Shown here piece by piece: positions 12,281 to 24,630 of a DNA stretch of 64,000 nt. Position 1 is the first letter of the stretch. Each line of letters begins with the position of its first letter. The stretch is from Chiloscyllium plagiosum (lineage: Eukaryota). A program made the position numbers and the translations under genes. The notes beneath the pieces were generated by a model. It made no database searches. It was given only the letters and a program-made list of their open reading frames with translations, and was not told the DNA's origin. The stretch covers positions 83,650,624-83,714,623 of the forward strand of contig NC_057718.1 of the NCBI RefSeq assembly GCF_004010195.1, written 5' to 3'.

Positions 12281-13158
12281 CAATGTCTTCACTAATCCTG
12301 CACAGAAAGTACAGCACAGACACTATTGCACAAGGCCAGACTCTAAAAGGTAATGTTGTTAAAAACAAATTAGTTTTAATGTTTCTCCCTCTCCCCCCAA
12401 TCTTGTATGTAAGTTCCACCGTTGAATTTACTCTACATAAACATGTTTATTTGTATTTTTTGTTTCCTCTTTTCCTGGTTGTTTGGTTGCTGACTGCAAA
12501 TACCTGGCCAACAGGTCATTTAGTTCAAATGTCATTCAGTTTTAATTATAACAACTAAGTCCCATCCTGAGAAAATCAAAAAAAAAAATTTCATACAATT
12601 AAATTAATGGCAGGAGCAAAATGTTATGGGCGATTGATTATCAAACTTTTGCTTGATATTAAATTGAAAGGTTCTTACCAGTGAAGATCCACAGTACATT
12701 GATATACACTACAAAAAGCAAGGGCCAATACTATGATTTATACTCAAATATAGGAGTTTGTCAATGATTTTTAATGAATGGCCACGTAATAGATAGAGAG
12801 AAAAGAAATACACTCAGTGGACTGGTAAGGTGTACAGAAAAATAGCAAATGGAATTCAACAGAAAAGTAGGAGGTAATGTATTTGGGGAGGGCATAAGTA
12901 ATAAATGGTAAGTTACTGATAAGTGTGAAGATACTGGAAGATCTTGGAATGCATGTGGATACATTCCTGGAGGCAGCATTCCAGGAACAATGTGATCCTA
13001 CTAGGAAGGCTAGAGGATATTTCAGGTTGTTTTGGGGACGAGAGAACTGTAGCTTTGAAGTAAGATTGGACAGGTTGGAGTTGTTTTCTCTTGCATTGAT
13101 GTTTCAAAGCCATCAGGAAAAATACACATTCTTCAACTGCAAATAAACACATTTTCAA

Positions 13159-13334
13159 ATCAGAGTTGTGTGTGTGGTGCTGGAAAAGCACAGCAGGTCA
13201 GGCACATTCCTGATGAAGGGCTTATACCCGAAACATTAATTCTCCTGCTCCTTGGATGCTGCCTGACCTGCTGTGCTTTTAACCGCGCCACGCTCTCGAC
13301 TCTGATCTCCAGTTTCTGCAGTCCTCACTTTCTC
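13159..13334 (+). mobile_element. Fold-back solo PLE family A terminal unit with hammerhead motif
   Basis: Inverted partial copy (13159-13204), then CTGATGA(13210)-a-ggg..ccc-GAAA. 11-bp TSD CACATTTTCAA at 13148-13158 and 13335-13345. Confidence 0.85.
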
Positions 13335-14640
13335 CACATTTTCAATACAGACCAGTTCAATATCAGTTTCTATTGTGCGCCTCCTTACTGTGCGTATGCA
13401 GTTTCTTCTGATGCAGGAAATATGATTTGCAATTAATACACATGTTCATATCAATTGGCTCTATGCACGCACAAGCAGGCTGCATAACGGAGCAGATTTT
13501 CTCTTCTCTTACACACACACGTGGTGTCGAGTCTCGAGCACATGATAGATCAGAAGCCTAAGCATGCATGGCTCTGGAAGCCTGCACATACACAGTTGAT
13601 AGGGCAGCTGGTATTAGCAGATACTGCCTTCATTTGACACTGGCGCTCTGGAGGAGACTGAAAGCATGGACGGGGCAGAGATGTTTGGGTAAAGTGGCAT
13701 TGCTTCCTGAAAATGTTGCTGCTTGTTTCTCACCTTGCTGCACAGTGGTTGGGAAACTAGACCAGAGCAGAGAGCAGTTAAAAGTCAACTGTACATATAT
13801 TTTTGAAAATATACGTTATTCATAAAATTTGTAAATAAAAACAATTCAACTTGAACATTACAGGATTTTCAAGAAAATTTAATATGTTCCAAGAAAAATA
13901 TGCCTCACTCGATAACATTTTAACTATCTTAAGGTTTACAAAATATATTTCATGTCAGCTATACAACTTGGAGGCAAAATATTTCAAATTTGAATTAATA
14001 AGTGTAGCAGATATAATGTTCTCCACACAACACATGTAGAGGTGGCTAAATAAAATTTACAACATACATTCTTGGGAGAGTAACAGTCTGGGTGATCTAC
14101 AGTTTCTGACCCCTAGGTATACTGTGGCCAAATGGTCCTAGGAGCGCAATTTTTCCCCATTGTACCCCTGCAATGGCTACCCCAAGTTTTAGCATGTCTT
14201 GCAACAAATAAACCTGGAACCGGAAATATGCTGGTCTGTAAACCTCAGTCATGGTCAACTCTTTTCACTGGAGGACCTGCAAGCTTTTGGCAGACTTAGA
14301 AGCATCTTGACAGAGGTTCCTTCAGACACAGTTGGAGTTTAAGAGTCAAACACACTGTGGATCTGAAATAACAGATAGGCCAGACCAGATTTCCTTCCTT
14401 AAAGTTGATGAGTTTTATGATAATTGAGAATAGTTTTATACTCACAATTACCCAGATTAAATTAAAGTCCTACGATGGTATTTGAACCGGATGCTTAGGA
14501 TTACTCACATATTGATATTAGCATTGCGCCGCCTGTTTCCTGCTTTGTCTTTAGTGTGTAGTGATTTCATTGGTTTTTGTTCAACTTGAGTAAATAATAC
14601 TCTTGGCTTAGTTTGTTTTCAGGAACAAATACAAAAGTAA

Positions 14641-14726
14641 CGACATAGTGATGGAAAAGCACAGCAGGTCAGGTAGCATCTGAAGAGCAGGAGAATTGGT
14701 GTTTCGGGCATGTGCTCTTCATCAGG
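14641..14726 (-). mobile_element. Solo PLE family A terminal unit
   Basis: Reverse complement CTGATGA-a-gagc-acat-gccc-GAAA. 13-bp TSD AATACAAAAGTAA at 14628-14640 and 14727-14739. Confidence 0.85.
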
Positions 14727-15234
14727 AATACAAAAGTAAACCGTATAGCTTGGTATGTTAAAATAGTTTAGACCAAGTTAACAGAAGTAGGTATAGCTTT
14801 GTTACCTCACAGGAGTTCTTTTGTTGTTTACGGCTGTAAGATTTAGCTGACAACGCCCTGGCATGAGTAACTATGACTCTTTGTGATGGGGCGTCCCCAA
14901 AGCATCTTGCAGGTATAGTTACTGCTGCAAGAGTTTTCACATCTTTTGCAGTAATTGATCAATCCTCCTCCTGGTTCTCACTGGTAACAATAGATTTATC
15001 TAGGATTGGCTTATTGATCACATAAAAAGTATGACATGGTTGCAGATCTACATGGATCATGATACTATACATTAGAGGTGCCACCTTGCCAAAAAATAAA
15101 TCTACAGTACGGAAGATTTTACAGATCGCCCCAAGTCCAGGTGGGGGTATCCCAGACAAACAACTGCCCCGCTAGTTCACTGTTGGTGGTGACTGGTGTA
15201 AAATATAGCAGTCACACTATACCCGAGATAAAAA

Positions 15235-16045
15235 AAACACAACACTAGGGGATAGTCCAACAGTCTTATTTGGAAGGACAGGTAGAAGATCCTTTATTCC
15301 AACATCCAAAAATGGAAAAGCTCCGAAATCCGGTCTTTTTTGTGAAGCTTTTTCTCATTAACAAGGTTGTTTGGTGAGCAAACAGTTAACCCAAGTCAAC
15401 ATCCACTCAATGTGTGTCACTCAGATGCGATGTGGGGGGTGGGGGGCGTGTGGCCAAGCACCGACAGGCCTGGGGTCTCTCTGTAAATATCCCCAAATCG
15501 ACACCCACTTGACGCGTATCACTCAGATCTGATGTGGGGGGGCGTGGCTAAGCACTGATGGCCTGTTCTTACTTAGAAGTCTGTTCTTCCAGTAAGATTC
15601 TTAAAAATTTCATCATTAAATTTACTCTGAAAACTGAAAAGTTCCTGTGCATTTTGGACAAAGGACAGTCTACCTGTACAAGTTTTCAGAGCACTGCTCC
15701 TTTGTCAGGTAGCTAGTGGGGCAGGATCACAGGACATAGAATTTATAGCATAAAATCAAAGTGTCAAACAACTGATGTGATGTATTGAACAAACTTGGAA
15801 GGGGGTTGCAGGTTTTGATTCATAAATATGTAAATCCCAGAACCTCTTTCAAGTCACATGCCTGAGATAACTTAAGGTTTATTAAAAAAGTGATCTCAGC
15901 TCAGACAATGCATTGAAAGGTGAGGTTAGAATCTGTCTGTATCCCAATCTTGAGTCAGACTAGTTCTATTTCCAAAGTAGGAATTTATAAAGTGTCACAT
16001 CTATTATAAAAATCATTGACTGCCTAAAAATTGTGTGCTTTTTAA
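15235..16045 (-). mobile_element. PLE family C-related 3' end, interrupted by a MITE
   Basis: Reverse complement of the aaacctgttggactataacctggtgttg terminus. Decayed hammerhead cCTGACAAaggagcagtgctctGAAA at about 15683-15712. Confidence 0.7.
15279..15676. mobile_element. Tc1/mariner-pogo (Tigger-like) MITE
   Basis: Imperfect ~26-bp TIRs: CAGGTAGAAGATCCTTTATTCCAACAT versus reverse complement CAGGTAGACTGTCCTTTGTCCAAAAT. TA on the right flank, GA on the left. Confidence 0.7.
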
Positions 16046-16076
16046 GAGCTATAGGGAGAGGCTAAATAGGTAGGAA

Positions 16077-16356
16077 GGCACGGTAGCTCAGTGGTCAGCT
16101 CCTCCGCCTCACAGCGCCAGGGATCTGGGTTCGATTCTAGCCCAGGCAACTGCCTGTGTGGTGTTTGCGCATTCTCCCAGTGTGTGCATGGGTTTGCTAC
16201 AGGTGCTCCGGTTTCCATCCACGAGTGTTCAGGGATGTGTAGATTAGATGCATTAGTCTAGGGGAAATGCAGAGTAATAGGGGAATGGATCTGGGTGGGT
16301 TGCTCTTCAGCGGGTCGCTCTTCAGCGGGTCAGTGTAGACTTGTATGGGGATTCTA
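16077..16356 (+). mobile_element. tRNA-derived SINE (HE1/V-SINE-like)
   Basis: A box (gtagctcagtgg), B box (ggttcgattc), V-domain-like core (gtgtggtgtttgc..ttctccc..tgggttt..ggtgctccggtttcc) and CR1-like tail. Confidence 0.85.
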
Positions 16357-16404
16357 AGCCAGAGAATTATAGACTGGTGAGCCTGCTATCAGTGGTGGGC
16401 AAGT

Positions 16405-16640
16405 TTAGATTACTTACTTACAGTGGGGAAACAGCCCTTTGGCCCAACGAAGTGCAACCCATCCAGACCCATTCTCCTAACCTGCACATTTTTGGACTGT
16501 GAGAGGGAACTGGAGCACCTGGAGGAAACCCACACAGGCATGGGGAGAATGTGTAAACTCCACACAGTCAGTCGCCTGAGGTGGGAATTGAACCCGGGTC
16601 TCTGGCGCTGTGAGGCAGCAGTGCTAGTCACCGTGCTGCC
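16405..16640 (-). mobile_element. tRNA-derived SINE (HE1/V-SINE-like)
   Basis: Reverse complement ggcagcacggtgactagcactgctgcctcacagcgccagagacccgggttcaattcc...; (TAAG)n tail. Confidence 0.85.
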
Positions 16641-16644
16641 CAGA

Positions 16645-17947
16645 GGAAATTCGGAGGGACAGGATTGACATATATTTGGAAAGGCAAGTACTGTTCGGGA
16701 GAGTCAACATGGCTTTATATATGGGAAATCACGTCTTACTAACTTGTTTGAGGTTTTTCAATAAGTGACAAAGATGACCGAAGATGGTAGAGCAGTGGAT
16801 GCTGTCTATGTAGGCCTCAGTCAGGCATTTGGCGAGGTAGACAGGTTAGCAAAGTTAGATTACATAGAACACTGGGAGAACTTGACACTTGGATATCGAA
16901 CTGGCTCGAAGGTAAGAGAGAGGATGGTAGTGGAGGGCTGCTTTTCAGACTGGAGGCCTGTGACCAGCAGTGCACAGCAAGGTTTGGTGCTGGGTCCACT
17001 GCTTTTTGTCATTTATATAAATGATTTTCATATGAACATAGAAGGTGTGGTTAGTAAGTTTGCAGATGACACCAAAATTGGTCATGCAGTCGACAGCAAA
17101 GGAGGTTACCTCAGAGTACAGCAGGACCTTGGTCAGATGGGCTGAGGAGTGTTAGATGGAGTTTAATTTAGACAAATGTGAGGTGCTGCACTTTGGAAAG
17201 GCAAATCAGGGCAGGACTTTTACACTTAATAGTATAGGCCTGAGGAGTGTTGCCAAACAAGTAGACCTTGGAGTGCAGATTCATAGCTCCTTGAAAGTGA
17301 AGTACAGATAGACAGGGTCGTGAAGGCAGCGTTGCGTATGCTTGTCTTTATTGGTCAGTGCATTGAATATAGGAATCGGGAGGTCATGTTGTGGCTGTAC
17401 AAGACATTGGTTAGCCCACTTTTGGAACGCTGCGTTCAATTCTGGTCTCCTTAGTGTAGGAAGGATGTTGCAAAATCTGAAAGGGTTCAGAAAAGATTTA
17501 GAAGGGTTTTGCCAGGGTTGGGGGGTGAAGGTTAAGCGATAGGGAAAGGCTGAATAGGCTAGGACTATGTACCCTGGAGTGGAGACTGAGGGGCGACCTT
17601 ATAGAAGTTTATAAAATTATGAGGGGCATGGATAGGGTGAATAACCAAGCTCTTTTCCATAAGACGGGGCGTCCAAACCTAGATGGCATAGGTTTAAGGT
17701 GAGAGGGAAAAGATTTAAAAGGGACTCAAGGGGAACCTTTTCATTATACACAGCGTATCTGGAGTGAGCTGCCAAAGGTAGTGAAGGCTGTACAATTACA
17801 ACATTTAAAAAGGCCTCAGGATGGGTATATGAAAGGAAAGGTTTAAAGGGATATAGGCCAAATGGGACTTGACTTATTTAGGATATCTGGTCGGTACAGA
17901 CGACTTGTAGCAAAAGGGTCTGTTGCTATGCTGTACAGCTCTATGAT
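16645..17947 (+). mobile_element. CR1 LINE RT to 3' end
   Basis: QGLVLGPLLFVIYIND, SKFADDTKIG (RT motifs) through to the 3' UTR ending ctctatga. Confidence 0.92.
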
Positions 17948-18398
17948 ACCGTCAGCTCTAAGTGTGGGAAATGTATTTGTTTTGAACAAAGTATATTTCT
18001 GCAAAAAGTACAGCATCAGGATTAAATGGGCTATACCAGATATGGAAACAGGAAAGGCTGGAGGAACTCAGAAGATCTCCCGGTATCAATGAAAAGGGAA
18101 AGATATTAAGGTGAAGCACGAGAGGATTTCTTCAGAATTAACAGAGTCCAAACTGACTCTTCAGGTTTTGAAGTAGTATTAACACTGGACTTAAAACGTG
18201 AACTTTGTTCTCTCTCCAACAATGTTTCCAGTTTTTTTCCTGCTTTATTTCAGATTTCCAGCAACCACTTTATTCCGCTTTTATATACGAAGCAACCTGC
18301 TGCGGCAGTTGTCTCAACAATTACAAGCAGCAATAAAGTCTTATGCCACCTGTTGGATTAAATTAGAACTGCAGGTCATTGCTAACTACACATTTAAA

Positions 18399-19750
18399 GT
18401 ATTTCCCAGGAGCTGAAAAATTACACCATGTTCTTCTTGACATGCAACACATTATCAATGAGTGTGAGCACCTCACCAAGACCTTCCCCACACCTCCACT
18501 ACTTGCCTTTAAACAACCGCCAAACCTCAAACAGATCGTTGTTCGTAACAAGCTGCCCGGATCTCAGGACAACTCCATACAACCCTGTCACGGTAGGGCT
18601 GCAAGACGTGTCAGAGTGTGGACATAGATACCACCATTATGCATGGGGACACCTCCCACCTTGTACATGGCAGGTACTCATGTGACTCAGCCAACTTGGC
18701 TATCTTATATGTTGCAGGCAAGGATGCCCGGAGGCATGGTACATTGGGGAAACTGAGCAAAGTCTACAACAACAGATGAATGGGCACCGCACAACAAATC
18801 AACAGACAGGAGGGCTCCCTCCCAGTTGGGGAACTCTTCAGTGGTCCAGGACATTCAGCCTCGGACCTTCGGGTGACCATCCTCCAAGGTAGACTTCGGG
18901 ACTGGCAGCAGAGAAAAGTGGCCGAGCAGAGGCTGAGAACTAAATTTGGTACCCATAGGGAGGGCCTCAACCGGGACCTTAGGTTCATGTCACATTACAG
19001 GAGACCACCATTGCACCACACACACACACACACACAGACACACACACTCCCACACATGCACCCCCCTCACAGACTTAAGACACTCTGCACTCACTAAACA
19101 CACACATACACTCACAATCCCCAACCCAGACAGACACACACACACAAAGACCCACATGCACACACATACTTTGTGGGGTGAATTTGTACTTGCAGGGTTA
19201 CTTTGTACTTTGCTCAAAAACTGCATGCATTCATGTCGAACTCCGTTATCTCACTTTTTAGATTAGAATCAATCTAAACATCATGGCATAGACAGAGAAC
19301 ACAGGGGGCCAACACCTTCAACATATTGTCTAGCTATCACCATTGTTAACAGCTAACCCGTGAATGCAACTTATTTTAAAAAAAGATTTGTGATTTACAC
19401 ATGAAAAAAGTGAAACTATCACTATATTCTAACAGATGAAAGGCTTAACAATCAATTTTTCAATGTATAATTTCAGTTACATCACACTAAATTTTTGCTA
19501 TAAATTCTGTTAGGATTGAGCCTCCACTACCACCTAGATGAAGGAGTGTCGCTCCGAAAGCTAGTGTGCTTCCAATTAAACCTGTTGGACTATAACCTGG
19601 TGTTGTGTTACATCACACTAAATTTTTGCTATAAATTCTTAGGATTGAGCCTCCACTACCACCTAATGAAGGAGTGTCGCTCTGAAAGCTAGTGTGCTTT
19701 CAATTAAACCTGTTGGACTATAACCTGGTGTTGTATGATTTTTAACTTTG
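18399..19750 (+). mobile_element. Penelope-like element family C (Neptune-like), 5'-truncated, with tandem terminal repeat
   Basis: PPLLAFKQPPNLKQ and YLICCRQGCPEAWYIGKTEQ (GIY-YIG). ~130-bp tandem terminus starting at about 19476 and 19607. Perfect 12-bp TSD TACACATTTAAA at 18387-18398 and 19751-19762. Confidence 0.9.
19014..19170 (+). repeat. Imperfect (CA)n microsatellite within the PLE 3' region
   Basis: Interrupted CACACA runs. Confidence 0.85.
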
Positions 19751-20234
19751 TACACATTTAAACAATTTTACAGATGGCAATATGACATTGCTACCAAATT
19801 CCTTAAATGTTAATAATGGAATTTTAAGTTCTTTCCCATATATTTGTTCGATCATTAGAGGGACTCATTATGCAGGCTATTTGCATAAAAATGATGGAGA
19901 CACAATATCTCCACAATGAGGCAGAAATCACCATGTGGATTTCTGTGAAGAATTACGCTTCGGTGGTTGCTTAAAGAATGTACAATAGGATCACACCAAT
20001 TTAGGAACATTTGGAGAACAGAAAAGGTCCTTTATTGATTTTGCAGCCTATTTAGCCATTCAAACCAAGCCCAGTACCTCTTATAAAATGGGAAATCTCA
20101 AAATTCCTGCTGCATGTAGTAGACATACATGGAACATCAAGTCAGTTTCTAGAGTAATTTGAGTTAAGGCAGGCTGATTGTGCTTTAACATATTGAAACA
20201 TTTATCATACTTCACACAACAGTTACCTGGTACA

Positions 20235-20707
20235 CATCTGAATTTAGTGTTTAAGATCCTCTATCAGTTGAAAAATTTATTTGTTGCTAATGCAGGGAAA
20301 ATGGACTATCTTGCTTCAATGGATGGAAGAATAGTTAGGGATCTTAATTTGGGAATGAGCCAATATCACATAACATTTACTCCTGCCCATCAACAGTTCA
20401 GCTGATGCAATACAATCCTCTGCTCTATCTCAAAACTGTCATCCTTTAGGAATGTTCTGACTCAGTCAAGTTGGAATTGAACCAGCAACCTAAGGATGAT
20501 AGTTTTGTGATGTAATATAGTCCTCTGCTCCATCAACTTAACTATTGACAGGCAAGAGTAAATGTTATGTGATTGTCTCATTCCCAAATTCATATCCCTA
20601 ATTATTCTTCCATCCATTGAAGCAAGGTAAGCCATTAATCAATTTCCCTTCATTAGCAACAAATATATTTTTCAACTGATAGAAGATCTTAACACTGAAT
20701 TCAGATG
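20235..20707. repeat. Long imperfect inverted repeat (~175-bp arms, ~125-bp spacer)
   Basis: 20235-20407 is the reverse complement of 20531-20707, e.g. tcttgcttcaatggatggaagaatagttagggat versus atccctaattattcttccatccattgaagcaagg. Confidence 0.9.
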
Positions 20708-20826
20708 AAGGGCTTATTGCCAAAATGTTGATTCTCTTGCTCCTTGGATGCTGCCTGACTTGCTGTGCTTTTCCAGTGCCACACTTTTCATCTCTGATCT
20801 CCAGCATCTGCAGTATTATTTTCTCC
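20700..20826 (+). mobile_element. Solo PLE family A terminal unit, decayed hammerhead
   Basis: cagatgaagggcttattgccaaaatgttgattctc...ctccagcatctgcagt. Confidence 0.8.
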
Positions 20827-22152
20827 GGAATCGGAACATTTATTGCCATAGACATGATGAGCTAAATGGTTTTTTTCTCTGCTGTAGGACTGTTTAAATG
20901 ACTAATTTGGGCCATTTCTACACTATCTTGTAATTGAAAATGGAGTGTGTCTGCAGGGACAAACTTCTAAATGCATACACCTATGGATCAATGGGTAAAC
21001 ATACTTGTTACTGCTCGCATCCTGAAGATTACCTATGTGAGTATCAAGTTGTGTGGAGACCCTTGATATGCAAACACTGTTTCATAACATAATGAGGTTC
21101 TGTCTGCCCTAATGTCAAGGAAGGACCTGGTTGCATGAAATGATCTGTTCAGTTGGGCTGCAGTACAGCATGGGCCTCTTTTGAAAACGTGTGCAGAAGT
21201 ACATATTTGATCACAAATAAATGTTTTTGTGCAGTGTCCTCGAGACCCTACGGGAAAAGGAATATGGACGGACATATTGAATGGCTGCCTCAGCATGCTG
21301 CCTTTGAAGCAACTGTAGTGGGGAGACCATCACCCACCTCCCTGGGTGAAGAAGAATGTGAGGACACAGATTTAAAGTCAAGTAATTTGCAAAAGCAGCA
21401 AGGGTGATGTCACAAAAAGATTTTTCATGCAGCGAGTAGTTACGGCATGGAAAATAAAATGCCTGGAAGTTTGGTAAAGACAGGTTCAGTTGAGGCAGTC
21501 AAGAGGGCATTGGATGATTATTTGAATAACACATCATGTGCATAGAAAAATCATTAGATTGGCACTAGGTAATGACGCTCATTTAAACAGCTGCTGCAAA
21601 CATAAAGAACCAAATGGCCTCCTTCCGCAACTCAAGACATCTGAAATGGCCCTTTGCAAAACATGCCCAAAAGGAGATGCAGTGGCTTTTGTTGCAGTTG
21701 ATCCCAAGCAACTCCATAACATAGGATGTGTCCTTTATGCGCTGTTGCCAACATAGTGGAAAATGCCCTCTGATCTGGAATGGAATCAAAAGGTGACTAG
21801 GACAAAAGCATGAAAGTTGAGTGGAGGATTATTAGATCAGCCATGATCTCATTGAATACTGCAGCAGACTCAAATGGGTTGAATGGCCTGCTTCTGCTCC
21901 TATATCTTTTGGTCTTATAGCTGAGTGTTGCAGGTTGGTGCATTCCAAGGTCCAGGACAGTGTGCATGTGCGTTGGGGGGGAGGGGGGAGAAGAGGGAGG
22001 TGGTTTAAGCTGCGTCAATGGCTTTATGAGGAAAGGCTACGTCATACCCAGGAACTGGAAATCATGTGGAACCCTTGAAGCTGTAAGCACTAGAGTCCAA
22101 ATATCCATTTGCGGAATAATCTGCCAAGGCAAGTGCAATGAATGAAATGTAC

Positions 22153-22158
22153 TTTATT
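22153..22158 (-). promoter_or_regulatory. Candidate RDH13 polyadenylation signal AATAAA
   Basis: TTTATT on the plus strand, about 430 nt downstream of the stop codon in AT-rich sequence. Not verifiable without transcripts. Confidence 0.4.
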
Positions 22159-22587
22159 AGGAAAAAAATGGGTTTATATTTTTGTAGTGCCAAATTTGAA
22201 CTATTATACCTTAAAAATTATGGATACAAGATATTTTTGTAAAATCTTCTGGTATTTTAAATTGTGATTCAAGTACTTAATCAATCACATTGCTGTAGGT
22301 CTGCAGTCACATGTCGGCCTGTAGACACATGTCGGCCAGACCATTCGTCCTCTAAAGTGAACCAGATTTAATTCATTAAGTAGCCTAACATTGCATTGAC
22401 TATGATGAAACAAGGTAAACAGATCAGTACAGCCTCACATGCAATAAAAAGCAATGATGTAATTGTATTTTGAAGAAAATTAACTAAGAGTGATCAGCAG
22501 TATAAATAAATACCTTCCAATGCATGATTAAACATAATTTTCCTTGATGCCGTTTCTATAGTTCTCCTGCTATTCTGACTGCCTACA

Positions 22588-22829
22588 TTAACATTGGAAG
22601 TTTGAGGGCTGTGGATCAGAATTGTCATTTTTCAGTCCCACGAGTTCTGCACTTACTTCCCACAAATGCTTGGCTGTCTCATCATCCAGAGCCTGCGGAG
22701 CAGGGTCTTTTTCTTCATTAACATCAAAGTATTTTCCAGATACCCCTTCCAGCTCCTCTGCTACAGCCAGATATATGGAGGGTTGTGCTCCTAAAAGTGG
22801 GGATTTTACTAGAAGTGAGAAAAATGGTC
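22588..22829 (-). CDS. RDH13: RDH13 last coding exon (242 bp including TAA)
   Basis: PFFSLLVKSPLLGAQPSIYLAVAEELEGVSGKYFD...LWEVSAELVGL...QC*; ttttcag acceptor. Confidence 0.95.
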
Positions 22830-23162
22830 CTGAAAAAGAACAAATGCAATTTTGAAATAAACAAATACAAATAATCAATGTCTTCATGACACCCAGTGTA
22901 TCAGGAAACACTATTTAGGTACTCACAAATACTTCCAAGTGAGGTTTTGACGGAAGATTTAAAAAATTCCTGAACATCGAAAAAACGTTGAAAGATAAAA
23001 TGAAACAGATTACAAATGGTAATCTACTGAATGAGGATCCCTCACTTTCCTCAGTGAGGAGTGGCAACAAAATCAAATTGAGGTGGTTGTTAAAAGCCAC
23101 AAGAGATCCTTGCCTTTATTAAGAAAAGCTTAGGACTAATAAGCAATTGAAATTACACTAAA

Positions 23163-23362
23163 CAGTCAGTTCTTCTGTAATGTGATAATTGGATTCTTGT
23201 GCAACCCTGCGTGAGCAGAAAAATTGCACTTTAGAAACAGCGTTTAAAGTGTTGGTGCTGTAATTGAGATACAGCCAACACCTATTTTAAAAGTTCACAC
23301 TATAGGAAGTGTTCCCAATTCGTCAATCACATTACAGCAACACATTATAACAGATTGACCTG
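23163..23362. mobile_element. Possible Tigger-like MITE
   Basis: Degenerate TIRs CAGTCAGTTCTTCTGTAATGTG and reverse complement CAGGTCAATCTGTTATAATGTG; TA on the right flank. Confidence 0.45.
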
Positions 23363-24528
23363 TATTTTTATGAAACACTGGTTAAAATCACTTGTTACTG
23401 ACATATGCCTTTAGTTTTGTTTTAATTTAAATAGTGTTGTGTCTTAAGAAATTAACGCTTTACTTGTGCGTTGTGCTTTGATATGAAACAGCTGTGTTGG
23501 TTATTTAGGATATTGATGAATTCTTCTAATTCTGATGCTGTTAAGAGTTAAAATATCCTATTATATCAACACAAATAAAGAAAGGTATTTTTACTATGTG
23601 ATGGCATCTCCTAACGAAGAATTGAGAGAGACTGTAAAAATAGCCCAAAAGAAATTGAGCCCTGGTATGGTGTCAATGCAAACAGCTAGCTGAGTTCCAA
23701 TGTCATCACAATTTTTCTTGGAATCAATGTTGTAATTAGAATGTTTATAAGATGATAGAAGTCGGAGTGTGGGAAGCCAGAGACCTTGACAGGGCAGTAT
23801 TTTAAGTTATTCAAGTAATAGAAATTTAAAGATTGGATTATATTGATCTTTTGAGTGAGAAAAGACTTAAGAGGAGATGCCTTGAATATTAAAACTGACA
23901 GTATTTTATTGGTCACTGACTGGTGTAACTGTACCTTGGGGTATACAGTCATTGCAGGGGGATAATAATCCTACTGAAAGTTTAACTGTCACAACTGAGG
24001 ACTTGAATAAAGTACTAAAGGGTTAACTGAATCTGATAACCCAAGTTCCAAAATGACTTTTAGCATTTGCCAAGCAGGAAAAGATGATGGTAGATGCAGT
24101 TAATTGGTTTGTTAGTACATGAAGGTCATTTGGGAGAATGTCTCATTGTCAGAAGTGTCAAACACACACCAAAACACAACTGGTGTTGGAAGGGCCATCC
24201 CACCTGATCCTTCTTACATTCAGGTATCTCAACCACTTGGCTTGTTGCCCTCATGGTAACTGTGGCAGGGAAGAGATCATTGTTTATTTCCACGTGGAGA
24301 ATACTTTTGCAAAAGAGGTCTGGAGAAAGATGCTGTAGTTATTAAAGCAAGTTTAATTTGGAGCGGCTCCATGGTATAGGACTGAATAGTGTATGGTGTG
24401 CTTCCACGGGAGCAACCAAGGTAAATAACAAAAGTGGCTGGAAGACTGTCAACTTGGTGAAGGATGCTCTTTCCCAGAAAGACTCTTGTCATTTAGAAAA
24501 GTGAAATGAAAGCAGTTTCATCTCTTAC

Positions 24529-24630
24529 CCAATGTTGTCCTGGAAAATTTTGATTTATGCATCCCTGTGTGTCTGCCTAGTTCAGTGTTCACCACTCCTG
24601 GGTGCACAGCATTGACTGTAACTTTACTTC
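24529..24630 (-). CDS. RDH13: RDH13 coding exon 6 (102 bp; not in the ORF track)
   Basis: Manual translation gives SKVTVNAVHPGVVNTELGRHTGMHKSKFSRTTL. aag acceptor, GTAAGA donor, phase 1-1. Confidence 0.93.

Noticed and set aside
14959..14961. Selenocysteine read-through of the in-frame TGA
   Set aside because: No selenoprotein homology, redox motif or SECIS element is recognisable.
16077..16150. tRNA genes (also at 16570-16640, 38304, 41140, 58720 and 32800)
   Set aside because: A/B-box heads continue into SINE bodies or are decayed; no complete cloverleaf.
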